From NCBI RefSeq assembly GCF_964204645.1, contig NC_134029.1, forward strand, positions 11,682,850 through 11,746,849: a stretch of DNA of 64,000 nt. The letters run 5' to 3'. Under the pieces are notes generated by a model, which did no database searches, was not told the origin of the DNA, and saw nothing but the letters and a program-made list of their open reading frames with translations. Both the position numbers and the translations under genes were made by a program. This DNA is from Tubulanus polymorphus. Taxonomy: Eukaryota; Animalia; Nemertea. This document shows, piece after piece, positions 26,070 through 38,625 of the stretch (its first letter is position 1; each line of letters starts with the position of its first letter).

Positions 26070-27875
26070 TCAAATTTGCACTCTCGAGTGAATTGGATTA
26101 GCCAAATTTAAATCTTTGAATTCAGGAATCTCTAGAAAACCACCCATGTCTAATGGACGTGTAATCATCGGAACCACCAAAACAGATACTTCGATTAAAT
26201 ACGAATTCTCACACTCGATGCATATTTTTACGACATCCAAAGTTCTAACTTTCGAATTCTGTGATCCAAATGCACCTAAATCTAGTGTTTCAGTCCTACT
26301 GGATTTCAAACCTAACTGACTCGCCATTTTGGCCGTCATAAATGATCGCTGCGAGCCATCATCGAACAATGTATTACAGGACACAATAGAACCACTATAC
26401 GGGTTCTCGATATTAACAACTGCAGTCTTCAACAGAACATTTCCGAAAGAATTACACAAACTAATATTCTGAGATGCCGTTTGTGTCTCAATGTGATCAT
26501 CACTTTGTATTAAAGACTCTGTTTCAAAAATTGGAACCGATGAAGACTGCGTTGTCACAGAATTGGTCATATTGCTTTTGATTCTATTTTGCTCATTGCC
26601 TATACCACGGTTTTGACCTTCCTCAACGGAAAAATTGACACCTCTAGAATTCGGAACAGAATAAGGTCGTGTTTTCCGCGTTTGAAAACAAATACTGGTG
26701 TGATGTCGCTTTTTACACATACGACACGAATATTTAGACTTGCAGTTTCCGGCATGATGCTTATCTCCTAAACAATTAAAACACAAAGATTTGTTTCTCA
26801 GAATTTCCATCCTCTTTTTAACATCATTAACTACAGTGCACTCGTTGGATGCATGCAAACCTTCGCAAAAAACACACTTCTTTTTAGAATTCTGAGCTCC
26901 GGTCGATAAGAATAATTGACTTACGGTGCTTGTAGGTTCAGTAATAGTACAATTACTCACATCTTTGACATCAAGAGATACAGTGGACTCAATAATTTCT
27001 AATTCGAATCTAAAACAATCAAGAAGAGATGTTATTGACCATTCACAATTTTTGTTTGTGCGACACATATTTCGATAGATTTCATACGGAAGCTTTCTTA
27101 TAATTATTGGTACCAACATTGCGCCGTGATTATCATGAGACGTTCCAAGTGCATTCAACTGACGCATGTGATAATTACATTCGTCGTAAAATTTACGCAG
27201 GGATGATCGTTCGTTGTTCGGTGGACTTAAATCAACAAGCGCGGAAAGGTAAGCCTGTGATATCTTGTGATTCTGTCCAAATCGCGTTTTCAACAAACTA
27301 ACAGCCGCTGAATAATTGTCATTCGTCAATGGCAAACCGTCAATGCACGATCTTGCATCGCCGATTAACAAACACTTCAAATAGCTAAATTTTTCGATTT
27401 CCGAAAACTGTGAGTTGAGATGAACTGACGTTTCGAATAAACCCCAGAACGTTGGCCACTCTTTCAAATTTCCGTTATATTTCGGAAGTTGTAACTTTGG
27501 TAGTAAAGCTGTTTTAATTTCAGTTGATCTCACTGGTGACTGTTTCTCTAGCGAAGACACTTTCCCGATTTCACGGTTAAATTTGAAAATACTGCCATTC
27601 AAATTGTTCAAATAATCTTCAGCTTCCAAAATAAATTGTTCTATTTCATTATCAGACTGGATCTCGTCTAATAAATGGGCATCAATCATCTCTAACTGGC
27701 TGAATTTGCGTTTGAGATTGTTAAAATTAATACTAGCCTTTAGTAAGTCGTGTTCTCTGATAGCTGTATCACATGCAGAGGTAAGAGCGTTCGCGACTCT
27801 TCTGTTTGCTGAACGTCCTGCTCTCGAAAGTTTTACACCAACTCCTGATTTTTCGGTAGCTGAATTCTCCGCCAT
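26070..27875 (-). CDS. BEL gag-protease (5' part of polyprotein)
   Basis: LPKLQLPKYNGNLKEWPTFW (DUF1759-type gag), three Cys/His knuckles (CVFC..H...C, CFNC..H...C, CRMC..HH..C), LFDDGSQRSF aspartic protease. Confidence 0.9.
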   Translation of the reverse strand: MAENSATEKSGVGVKLSRAGRSANRRVANALTSACDTAIREHDLLKASINFNNLKRKFSQLEMIDAHLLDEIQSDNEIEQFILEAEDYLNNLNGSIFKFNREIGKVSSLEKQSPVRSTEIKTALLPKLQLPKYNGNLKEWPTFWGLFETSVHLNSQFSEIEKFSYLKCLLIGDARSCIDGLPLTNDNYSAAVSLLKTRFGQNHKISQAYLSALVDLSPPNNERSSLRKFYDECNYHMRQLNALGTSHDNHGAMLVPIIIRKLPYEIYRNMCRTNKNCEWSITSLLDCFRFELEIIESTVSLDVKDVSNCTITEPTSTVSQLFLSTGAQNSKKKCVFCEGLHASNECTVVNDVKKRMEILRNKSLCFNCLGDKHHAGNCKSKYSCRMCKKRHHTSICFQTRKTRPYSVPNSRGVNFSVEEGQNRGIGNEQNRIKSNMTNSVTTQSSSVPIFETESLIQSDDHIETQTASQNISLCNSFGNVLLKTAVVNIENPYSGSIVSCNTLFDDGSQRSFMTAKMASQLGLKSSRTETLDLGAFGSQNSKVRTLDVVKICIECENSYLIEVSVLVVPMITRPLDMGGFLEIPEFKDLNLANPIHSRVQI

Positions 27876-27943
27876 TGTTCTCTAATTCTCTGGCTTCTTC
27901 TAAGAAGTTTGGTTCATCTCTTTCTCGGCTCGAGGGACCATTA

Positions 27944-28213
27944 TGTCAATACCTTTTCTCCAGAAAGAAGTGACTAGCAGTACGACTCGGTGTTGACATT
28001 AAAGTAGTTTATTCTCAAAAGTGACTCCCTCTACCCTTTACATATCAATATATATAGTGAAATATCACATGATGTGTACTGAGCATGACGTACAGATGTA
28101 ATGCAGTTTAATACAGTTGAACACAGTTGAATACACGTTACTGCAGAACAAGTTACTGCTCTAGTGAGCAGTAATCTATAGTTGATATAAATGTACGTAT
28201 AACCATTCCAATA
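27944..28213 (-). repeat. BEL 5' LTR
   Basis: Near-identical to 22045-22326; PBS immediately internal (27926-27940). Confidence 0.95.
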
Positions 28214-28249
28214 GTGTCATCAGTACTCATTCGTAGGTGGGAAAATGTT

Positions 28250-29233
28250 TTTCGACATTATATTGATACCTAAGCATATTTTGTTACAACAATGAATTAG
28301 AAAGTTGTTGCTTATAACGTGTTCTATGATTGTGGTGAGTTTCAAGTTCATTGGTTTTTGTATATGGCCACCAGGGGGCGTTGAATAATACAATATCTTA
28401 GTATTTCTATATTATATTTGTACAAACACATATTTTGTTATTACCATGACAAGTTGTAGCTCATGACATCGTCTATGATTGTGGTGAGTTTTAAGGAAAT
28501 TAGCTATTCCATATGGTCACCAGGGGGCGTTGAATAGTAGAATATACTAGTATTTCCTTATTATATTGGTACCGAGGCATATTTTGTTACCATGATCAAT
28601 TGCAAAGTTGTAGTTCATGACATGTTGTTTGTTTGTGGTGAGTTACTCGGTTATTGGGTTTTGAATATGGTCACCAGGGGGCGTTGAATAGTAGAATAAC
28701 TTAGTATTTCCATATTAATTTTGTAACGAGGCATATTTTGTTATCACAATCAATTACAAAATAGCTGCTGACATATTCTGTGATTGCGGTGAGTTTCAAG
28801 GTTATTGGTTTTTGTATATGGTCACCAGGGGCGTTGAATATTGAAATTGTTAGATTGTTGAGCATTTGAAACCACTCCCCAAGTGGGCATGGTGTCCCTG
28901 GACTCCTAGTTCATTGCAATCAATCAATTGCAAAATGGTAGCTCGTGACAAGTTTTATGATTGTGAAGGGTTTCCAGGTCATTGGTTGTTATATATGGCC
29001 ACCAGGGGATGCTAAATAGCCGAATAAATTACTATCTTCATATTGTACTGGTACCCAGGCATATTCTGTAACCACAATGAATTGCCGAATTGTAGCTTGT
29101 GACACGTTCTATGATTGTGGTGATGTTTAAGGTCATTGCTTTCTTAATATCTTCACCAGGGGGCAATAAATATTGAAATTTTCAGTTTTTTGGCATTTCA
29201 AACCACTTCTCAAGGTGTCCATGGACCCCTAGT
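28250..29233 (+). repeat. Tandem array, ~6 units of ~150-180 bp, each with a CCACCAGGGGGCG-type motif
   Basis: Recurring ATGATTGTGGTGAGTTT...TGG(C/T)CACCAGGGGGCGTTGAATA at ~28365, 28514, 28668, 28819, 28997 and 29153. Confidence 0.9.
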
Positions 29234-31697
29234 ACTTTGTCATATTCCTTTTGAAAATAACTTGCTCACAAAATGCCATGTATCAATTCTGATGTTATTG
29301 TACTGTACACTTTCGATGTGCGATAAGTGTGTAATAAAAAAACTGTGTAAGTGATGAAAGGCAGACAAATATCAGCGCAGCCACATTTAATGCTTAATCA
29401 TGCGCTCTAAAAGGTTTTAGAATTCATGGTTTACACAGCACAGTGAATTTGTAGCTATTTGTACATAGTACTCACCACAGCAAGGAACTGCAGATGCTGT
29501 GCAGCACGGTCCCGTGGGAAATAAACTTACAATAACATAAACTTTCGATATGTGAAATCTCCCTAATCGTTTCCAGAACCTCTAAGATAACTAAAGATCA
29601 AGCCGAAATTTACCGAACGTCTTGGTGTCACAAAATGCGGATCTGGACTCGGTAAAAGCCGGGTACCGCGCTTTACAGGTCCATCATCGATAAGTTAGCT
29701 TTTCGACTACAGTCACACCTATGGCAGTTCACTAAGTACGACAGAGCGAATTTGTTGCTGGAGATTGTAGAAAATGTTTCGGTTTACCTCTGTCAGCGAT
29801 AGTGTATGCATTGAGCCAGTTATGAAAAAATCGTGGTACGTTTTTTTATGTGAGCATTTTTTTTCATTGGTTCTCGGCCTAAACGATGTATAATTGATGC
29901 GATTGAAGACATGCCAAACCTCCGTTGATGAACTGGTCGACTTCGTTTAAATTCTCCGAATAACCGGTTTTGGCGGAAAAATTCTTGGCTCATGCATATA
30001 AAATTTCAATGAGCTTGATTGGTAGGGTTTTGTCTCTACAAGTGAATGTGATTGGCTGTTTTTGGGATATACAGGACATTCTGGGAATTCTGGCGCTAAT
30101 GACGTAATTATGGGAAGACCACAAAATGGTGAGTGTTTTATTGATCTAGGAACTGTACACATGCTTAGCATTATTCAAATGCTTAGCTTATGTATATATT
30201 TTACATCCGCCGCTGGTATTGTTTCATCTAATACCCGTAATTTGTTTGGATTGACCATAGACCATTGAAAACGCAGTCTCAAATGTTTTGTGACTTTCTC
30301 AAAATGTATCAAAAATTTAACTAATTTTTAGTTCATAAGTCCTCAAATATTCATAAATGAACAGTTAAAAATTGTTGAAACATGTCGACTCTGCCGTAAA
30401 ATCAACCTATTAACAGTCCGGAATTTGGGATAATATTGGGCTTTAGAGAACATAATGCCCCCGAGGTCTTCACATTTACAGAAAAGATTACGTAAGTGAT
30501 TCACGCGCAGCGCGCGATAGGCGCACAATAGAAATCTGAGCCGCGCGTTCTTTGAGTGTCACCAATTAAGAGGACCGCTATTGTGAAAATTGACTGCGGG
30601 AGGAATATTCCTCCCAATGTCAATCGATGGAAACTTGACCATGGGGTCCGATATTCAAAGAATTGACTTTGGGAGGAATATTCCTCCCAAGGTCAAACGA
30701 AGAGAATTTGACCTTCAGGTCTGATATTCAAATTATCGACTTCGGGAGGAATGTTCCTCCGAATGTCAAACGAAGGAAACTGGACCTGGTCTGTTATTCG
30801 AAATATAGACTTTGGGATGAATGTTCTTCCAAACGACTAAACGCTAAAACCTGAGCTTTAAGAATGATAGGTGTATATATTAATTATATTGGTGTAATAA
30901 TTGTTTTAATAAGTAGTATACTATAGCGACGACACCAGACATATTTAGGCAATTTGAGTGATAATGTACACGGTATTTGAGGGTCTGCGACGAATGATTT
31001 ATAGAAAGTTGAATAGCTGTAGTGCATTTTCTAATAATAAGGCTTATATAGTCTTCACATCGCAATCAGTTGTTAGAATGCATCTTCCTTTTTCTTTACT
31101 TGATCTTGAGTCTTTGACTAGTTAAATTTTTTCTTCATTGATTGACGCTGGGAGGTCTAGATCGAATTATACTGTTAATCAAATCAATTATTTTTCAACT
31201 GCAAATTCACACTTGATATTGATATTAACAATCAATATTACTTATTTCATTATATAGCGCACTGCTGCAAATTGTAATCAGTGTGCTTTGCATGAGTATA
31301 AAATCAACACAAGCTGAAAGAATCGAAATTTAAATACGTGGATGATAAAAATCAAGTTAAAAGGTGTAGGGACGGAGAGATCCGGCGAAAAAAAAACAGT
31401 AATGGGTGCAAAATGGACCCGTGCCTAATCGCCCGACCAAAAACGACGGACCAGACCTGAGTCAAATTAAGCGTGTTGATTTAAACTGGTTCTGGAAGTC
31501 AGTCACTTCGCTTGGTTTAAGTATGGACTCGTTTTAGATTCCATGGTTTAAGCATTGTTTAGTAACGAATGAATGGGTTTGAATTTGAATGTGAAATGAA
31601 TTTGAACATGAAAATCTGCGCGCTCTTTGGTAAGCCATGCGTAAAATTTAAGTCGGACCTGATTCGAGCCAATTTAGCCCCGACAAATCGTCTCTAT

Positions 31698-32023
31698 AGC
31701 CGCGATCACACGTGTATTTTTTTAGGCCAGGGCCAAATTTGGGCCGGACCAACTGTTCACACGGGTGCCAATGGGCCCGAGCCTGTTTGGCCCGGGCCAA
31801 ATTTGGCCCGACCAAAAACGTCGGACCAGGCCCGAGCACCAGACAAATGACTGCGTTTGAATTGCAACTAGCACCGTAAATGATCCACTTCGCTTTGTTT
31901 GAGCATTGTTTAGTATGGAGTGAATGGTTTGCGTGTGAACGCACTCTCTAATTACCAAATTTGGCCCGAGCCTGATCGGTGCTAATTTGGCCCGGGCCAA
32001 ATCGTCTCCGTGTGATCGCGGCT
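31698..32023. mobile_element. PIF/Harbinger-like MITE
   Basis: 15-bp TIR AGCCGCGATCACACG, 3-bp TSD TAT, internal GGCCAAATTTGGCCC repeats. Confidence 0.8.
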
Positions 32024-33899
32024 TATGTGGGTCATGATTGTTGAGAGAAATTTTTCCCTTTATGTTTGCAAATTAGCCATTGTCCTAGTTTTAACTTCTG
32101 ATTTGTACCCTGTATAGGGTTTATATTTCTGTTTGTACTCTTTCATAGAAATACGACAGATATCAAATGGAATCTTTGATTTAAGACACTGTAAACCGGT
32201 ACACACTAATATGTCCATCCATCCGACCTACGAGCGATCATCTCATTAATGTGATAATTGCTCGTAAATCCGACAGCTACGTTTTACAACTAGAAATATA
32301 TTAGATCAGATTCCTAATAATAAAATCATTACTATTAAGAATATGTTATTGATTATGGATAAATTCAAAAAGAATTGACAAAATATATTGCTTTGAATGG
32401 CCTTTAGATATTGGATAGGGCGATTTTGAATTATTTTTGGGGAATTTTATCGAGAAGCTCAAACTCCCTAAGGCGATAAATTCTTTAAGGCAGATCTTTT
32501 CCGATTATGATCCCACCATATGAATTGCTCACGAAACTATTATGTATAAACACCTCACAATTAACGTAATGAATCAGTGACGTCCTGTTGCACAAGCTAT
32601 ATTACACCATGATAAAAAGCCTATTATAGTCGAGTTGGATTTCTCGATGTATAAATGCAGGGAGGGTTGGGAGCTTTATGTTCAATAACATTAGGTTCCA
32701 ATGTTTGCTCTATGGATTTCAAAATAAAAGAAAAATCTACGTTTAAACGTGATATCTGTTTCATTACTCGTGATATATCGGGGAATCTCTGCAATAAAAT
32801 TGGACGATTTCAAAAATATTACAAAATGAGCAAATTGCGATTCTTAGTGATTTTTGCTAACAGTATTGATTTTAGCGTATACGCGGATTTGTGTGATATG
32901 TAATAAGTAACGTAGCGAATAATCAAAGTATCTACTGTAGCTAGATATGACAATTAAAAATCCCCCAGAATATCTCCTTCAAAATACCTTCATCCGTTCA
33001 AAAAAGATCACCTGGTAAAGATTTCCTATGTAGAAATCTAAAAAATCTAAACCCTGGGTAAACATACCCTGGGTAAAAATCCCCCAAATATTCATACTTG
33101 GTGATTGTCAAGAACATGTCAAAGCACGATGTTTCTCGAATTTGCAATGAGACTGAAATATGTTTGAACTTTTAAATGAAATCTTTCGTTGCGATAAATT
33201 CTTACGGATAAAATAAATTGTAAGAATTAATAAGAGTAATAAACTTTTATTTGTAATATCTTAAGATTCGAACTGGAATATTTTTGAATTTCAGCTGTGC
33301 GATGTCATGAATTATTAGAAATAACGTACTTTTGATATTAAATATTTTAGATTCAAGCTAGTGTAATATATTTGAAATGCGCGATGAACCCCTTTACTAA
33401 GCTGTGCAATAACTACATGTATATGTACTAATTTAGTATCAATGAAACGTTAATTTGTAGTATGTTTTAATTTAAATAGCATAGCTTGTATGGGCATATT
33501 GATATCCTTACGGTGTTCGACAGTAAAATATGAATAAATTGGATATACGTATCAATAATACGAATTAATTGACCTTAAGATTTTATCTATTTATAATCCC
33601 TTCAAAGGGAGGGATTACCTAATTTGAAGAATTGGGGATTTTTACTCGCTTACTTAGATGTTTTAAATTATTGACTTAGTTATTTTATTAAGTTTAAGTT
33701 AATCACTAGTAAGTTTATTCATTGACCACTTGCATGATAGTTCTTGATATATTCATTATATGCAATGAAATGAAATGTAAGTTCATCACATTTCTGAACT
33801 CATTAATACCGATTTTAATTGTTTTAAGCCCCATGAAAAATATGTGATGTCATTATATTGAAAGCTTTATGTTTTATTAACATTGGCAGTAGTTCTCAT

Positions 33900-34008
33900 A
33901 AATTTTCCTTGGCCTTTTTTCCGTGGCCATTTTTTCCTAGACAAATTACCTTGGCCATTTTTTCCTTGGCCATTCTTTCCTGGCCATTTTTCCTTGGCCA
34001 TTTTTCCA
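33900..34008 (+). repeat. Minisatellite (TTGGCCATTTTTTCC)n
   Basis: About 6 imperfect 14-16-bp units. Confidence 0.8.
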
Positions 34009-36875
34009 ACATTCTGGGGTTTTTTACAACTAACCCTTAGCAATGCACTGTAATGAACAATTTACTTTGTTTTGCTAAATTAACTACTTGTAATCAATTC
34101 ACTATAGAACTGTGGTCGATCCTAACAAAATGTCCGGCGTGCTATTCTAAACTTCAGTGGACAAAAATCTCTTTCTAAAAATTATATTGCTAAGATATTC
34201 TTAGTCTTCATCCTTCAGCATGAACTCTAGGCCTGGATATATTTCGGATTCATTAAATGGTATCATGCGTGTGTAGAACGTTTGGGCAAAGGTATTATCC
34301 CCCTGGATCACGCGTAAAACAAACAGAAAACATATTTTCATACATAGGTCATCGCATTATAGAAATTGAACTGTTGACAAGTTGTATTAAATCTCTATAG
34401 ATGAAACACTTTTAAGGAAAATGCATTATGTTTGTTGTTTCTATATAACTACTATCGACTTGCGCCTCGGGCTCAGTCAACTCGCCATCTTCATGATTGA
34501 AATATTTGATTAGGCAATCCTATCAAAAGTGGCGTAAATTCATACAAGCGAATAATTTGTTGTTTCCAAAGGTTTTTGTTACCGGCTCGTCTACACGGTA
34601 ATGGTCGAAATTCCCCGGTAAAAATCCCCTAAGAAGACCCATTAAAGAGCTTATGATTTGCTGCCGCGGGTATGTTTTCGTTTGTATTGCAAAATTAAGT
34701 CCAAAATAACTGGAATCGTTTTAAAGGATTTCTGTGAAAATTTTCAATTTTTCCCAACACGTCAACAAGTGCCTTTCAAATCAAGATCGATTCCTCATGC
34801 GTAAAAACGATTGAAGCAATTTTTGCAGTTTTATTTATTTATGATTTGATACGTCAAGATTTCAGTTAAAAGGGCAACATCATCGTTTATGTTAGCAAAG
34901 CTTGGTATACAAGCAAGCTGACAATAACAAGCCACTGAATTTTATCGGTTTAGGCTTTGTATAGCTCATTATCTATAGAAAGTCAGTGATTAAGTCCTAA
35001 GTAAATATTGCTCATTTAAAGAGAATTCATTGTACAAGCGATGACAGGCCTATGAGGCACCCGTAAATCAAAAATGTATTTCACGGATTTTGCTGTGCGA
35101 TGCGATAAATTATTGAAACTTTTTATTTGAAATATCTTTGAAATACTATTTGAAATTTGAAATATTATTTTACCAGTGCGATAACTTTTAGTATTAGTTT
35201 AGTATTAATGAAGTATTTCAATCTTTGGATAAACGTTGGAAAAATGGCAGGGGGAAAATTGCCGCTAAATAAACATTAGAATTTGCAAGTTTTGTAGTAA
35301 CTTTGAATTGTTAAATTTTACTGGACATTGGTGTATGCTGAATATCACGAACAACGAAACATATATCTCATAAAAACGTTGATTGTCTTTTTCAACTTTC
35401 ATCATTTCAATAACAATCAATCGATTTTTAAGTCGATTTAATTACCAGGATAGCGACTATATGCGTTTGTTCTTTTAATCAACTAGTTTCCGAATCCGTG
35501 GTATGTCGATCAAATAATAATTTTTAAGTCGAGAAAAAGTAAGATGCATTCTATCAACTTATTTCAATGTAAAGACTATAATGCTTCCTATATGAATCAA
35601 TACTAAATCATGCATACCGCAGGCCACTTAATCTTAAGCTTGATTGTGAGAGGTGTTTAAACATAATGGTCACATGAGTAATTAAATGGTTGTGTCACAA
35701 AGGGAGAAATCTGCCTTAGACATAACATCCCGATATCTGGAGTTCTGGGCTTAGTAACGCATGTTTAGAATGAATTTTATCCGATATTTTTGTAACATAA
35801 TGTTTTCTCTCTGCAAATTACTGACGTTTTCTGGGAGCTAACGTTCAGTGGCTAGTAGGCTGGATTGTATTTTCCCTTATTTCATAGATCTCCATGCATA
35901 TAAACTTGAACTGAACTGAATGGGAACTGAGTTCGGTTAGGAGTAAAAACCTCCTTATCAACTCCTATTTCTGAATTGTATATAAAGGAGTGAAGAAAGA
36001 AACAAACCCTCATACCGAATACACTTTTACGTATAAATGAGAATAATGCTCACTAGGACGATGGCTAATTTGCGACCGTAAATGAAAGAAATACGACTCG
36101 AATAATTTTTTTTATCATGCGTGACACGCGAATCTCCTATTAACACTAGTGATGAGAGAAGAATCCACATGAATGAAATGTATCAGCTTCATAACGATCT
36201 TTAATCCTTGAATGACCATTCTTAATTAACACAAAACACTTAATATAAATGATTTGTATCGATTACTATAGAATTTCCATTTAAAGAATGCATTTATCAA
36301 ATTACGTCCATTGACTCTGTAAAATGAACCTTTAAACCCGTAAATTAGCTAAACTCGTGCCGTATTAAGCTATTTAGATTTATCGCAGTCTAGTGAAAAT
36401 TTGTAAGCAGTCCTAATATATTCCCTGTATAATCAAAACTTAATTTCTATGTTATGCACGTGTTTTAATTACGATTTCCCCTCTACATGTTTATCGAGAA
36501 GGGCCTGATTACAATCTGATTACAGTTGATTGTCAACAAAGTTATAGCAATTTACTGTTAGACAAAGAAAATACAAAATCTATTTAGTTTTCTAAAATTG
36601 TATGTAGGCCTATGTCTCATACCGTCTCATTACCTCGAACACTGTGTATCGTATCACTCGAAATTCATAAATCTACCGGCTTTATGGCTTAAAAAAACTA
36701 ATTACACCCAAAACACCTATCTTTCTAAAATTTCAGGTTACAGCATTTAGTGGTGGGAGGAAAAATTCCTCCCTAAATCAATATACTTTGAATCTAAGAC
36801 TCGGGTTCGTTTTCCTTCAGTTGACAAATGACATTATTTCGAATATCAGAACAGGTCCATTTTCCTTCGTTTGAC

Positions 36876-36907
36876 CATGGACGTATAAACTAGATTATAC
36901 GTCCATG
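36876..36907. mobile_element. 32-bp micro-MITE (P-superfamily-like ends)
   Basis: CATGGACGTATAA-actaga-TTATACGTCCATG flanked by 7-bp direct repeat GTTTGAC. Confidence 0.7.
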
Positions 36908-37166
36908 GTTTGACATAGGGAGGAACAAATCTCCCGACGTCGATACTTTGAATATCAGACCTGAAGGTCAAATTCTCTTCGTTTGACCTTGGGAGGAATA
37001 TTCCTCCCAAAGTCAATTCTTTGAATATCGGACCCCATGGTCAAGTTTCCATCGATTGACATTGGGAGGAATATTCCTCCCGCAGTCAATTTTCACAATA
37101 GCGGTCCTCTTAATTGGTGACACTCAAAGAACGCGCGGCTCAGATTTCTATTGTGCGCCTATCGCG

Positions 37167-38625
37167 TATGGGCGGCCATTCCCGCCAAAAATCAGAGTTT
37201 CGTCCATTTTTCTGTACTTCGACAAAATGTCATAGTACACCGCCAAAATGTGTTAGCGTAACGTCAAATTGTGTAATGCGGCTAAAAAACACAGGAGGGC
37301 GACACTGTACGGACAGTATTTTGCGGTATTTTTCTCGCATTGCGATCATCTCAAGGTCGTTTTATTGAAATAATTTTGCGAGTATCAAATCGACAAATCG
37401 TATCATATTCCTTCAACCCAATAAAATGATTTTATTGTTACTTTAATTTGTTAATACTATAATATATAGTAATAATGTACGGTAAAATAGCGGAAGTAAA
37501 TACTTTGCCGTAAACCTATGGAAGCCCTGAGACGACATCTTGAGTTCATGAGTTCCGAGTTCATAACTTCCTGAGTTCTCAAGTTCATGAGTTCGTCTAA
37601 TGAAAAAAGCCTGCGATACCGAAACGTCGAATGTAAACACGATGCTCTATCAAAGACCCGCGTCTCAGGCTCAGACGACACTGAATAACCAGCGATTAAT
37701 GGTATGTTGAAGGGCGCCTCCGTTCCTCCTCTGGTAGGTAGCTCGGATTTTCTGTGCGCGGGCTAGAGAGAAGGGTGACTCCGATTAACCGGTGACTCTC
37801 GATGAATCGGCTCAGGTTTTAATGATGAAAAAGATAACAAACGCTCGTTATGAGAAATTTTTAAACATCTATTTATTTTCTATAAACCATTAAGAAAGCT
37901 GATGTCTGATGATAGACTGGTTGCCGGTCGACTTCATATGACTGCCAGTGCAGAATTGGGCACAGTCAACCAGTCTTGGTTGATGCTGGACATCATTTTT
38001 TTAGTTAATTCATGACGTAATCGGATTTAGCATCCTGATAATAGGATTCTTTATGTCGCAAAATTTCATAGTGTTGTACATGCCCAAATAAACTCGAAAT
38101 ATCTTCACCAAGAATCTTAGTGTCTGATGTACCACAGTTGTACCACAGTTGGTTACACTAGGATCGTAGAGCGACGGAGATCACTGGTGGAGACAACCAC
38201 TGCCAGTGCTGGGTGAAGAAATATCATAAACTCTGGAAGTTATGAACTTGGGAACTCATGAACCCAAGGTGTCGTCTCAGGGCTTCCATATAGGGCCTCC
38301 ATACCTCCAGACGACATCTTGAGTTTATGAGTTCCGAGTTAACTAATAAAGTAATAATAAATTCATTTTATTGGGTTTAGGGAATATGATACGATTTGTC
38401 GATTTGATACTCGCAAAATTATTTCAATGAGACGACCTTGAGATGATCGCAAAGCGAGAAAAATACCGCAAAATACTGTCCGTACAGTGTCGCCCCCCTG
38501 TGTTATTTAGCCGCATTACACAATTTGACGTTACGCTTACACATTTTGGCGGTGTACTATGACATTTTGTCAAAGTACAGACAAATAGACGAAACGCTGA
38601 TTTTTGGCGGGAATGGCCGCCCATA
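37167..38625. mobile_element. Non-autonomous TIR element inserted in the right TIR of the 8.6-kb element
   Basis: ~270-bp TIRs starting TATGGGCGGCCATTCCCGCC; 6-bp TSD ATCGCG; inner inverted pair 37517-38290. Confidence 0.88.

Larger units (their letters stand above)
22045..28213 (-). mobile_element. BEL/Pao LTR retrotransposon, full length
   Basis: Direct LTRs 22045-22326 and 27944-28213; 5-bp TSD GTGTC; PBS TGGTCCCTCGAGCCG (tRNA-Tyr-like); PPT-like CGGGCAGGAGTA; gag-PR-RT-RH-IN order. Confidence 0.96.
21520..28911 (+). mobile_element. Helentron-associated (HINE-like) non-autonomous element, split by the BEL insertion
   Basis: 5' TTTTTAGCCCAC plus hairpin CTGGGACTTAAGTCCCAG; 3' GTGGGC...hairpin...CTAGTT; related copies at ~14190-14375, 20480-20785 and 41130-41300. 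Confidence 0.65.

Noticed and set aside
27926-27940. tRNA gene
   Set aside because: Only the primer-binding-site match to a tRNA 3' end; no cloverleaf
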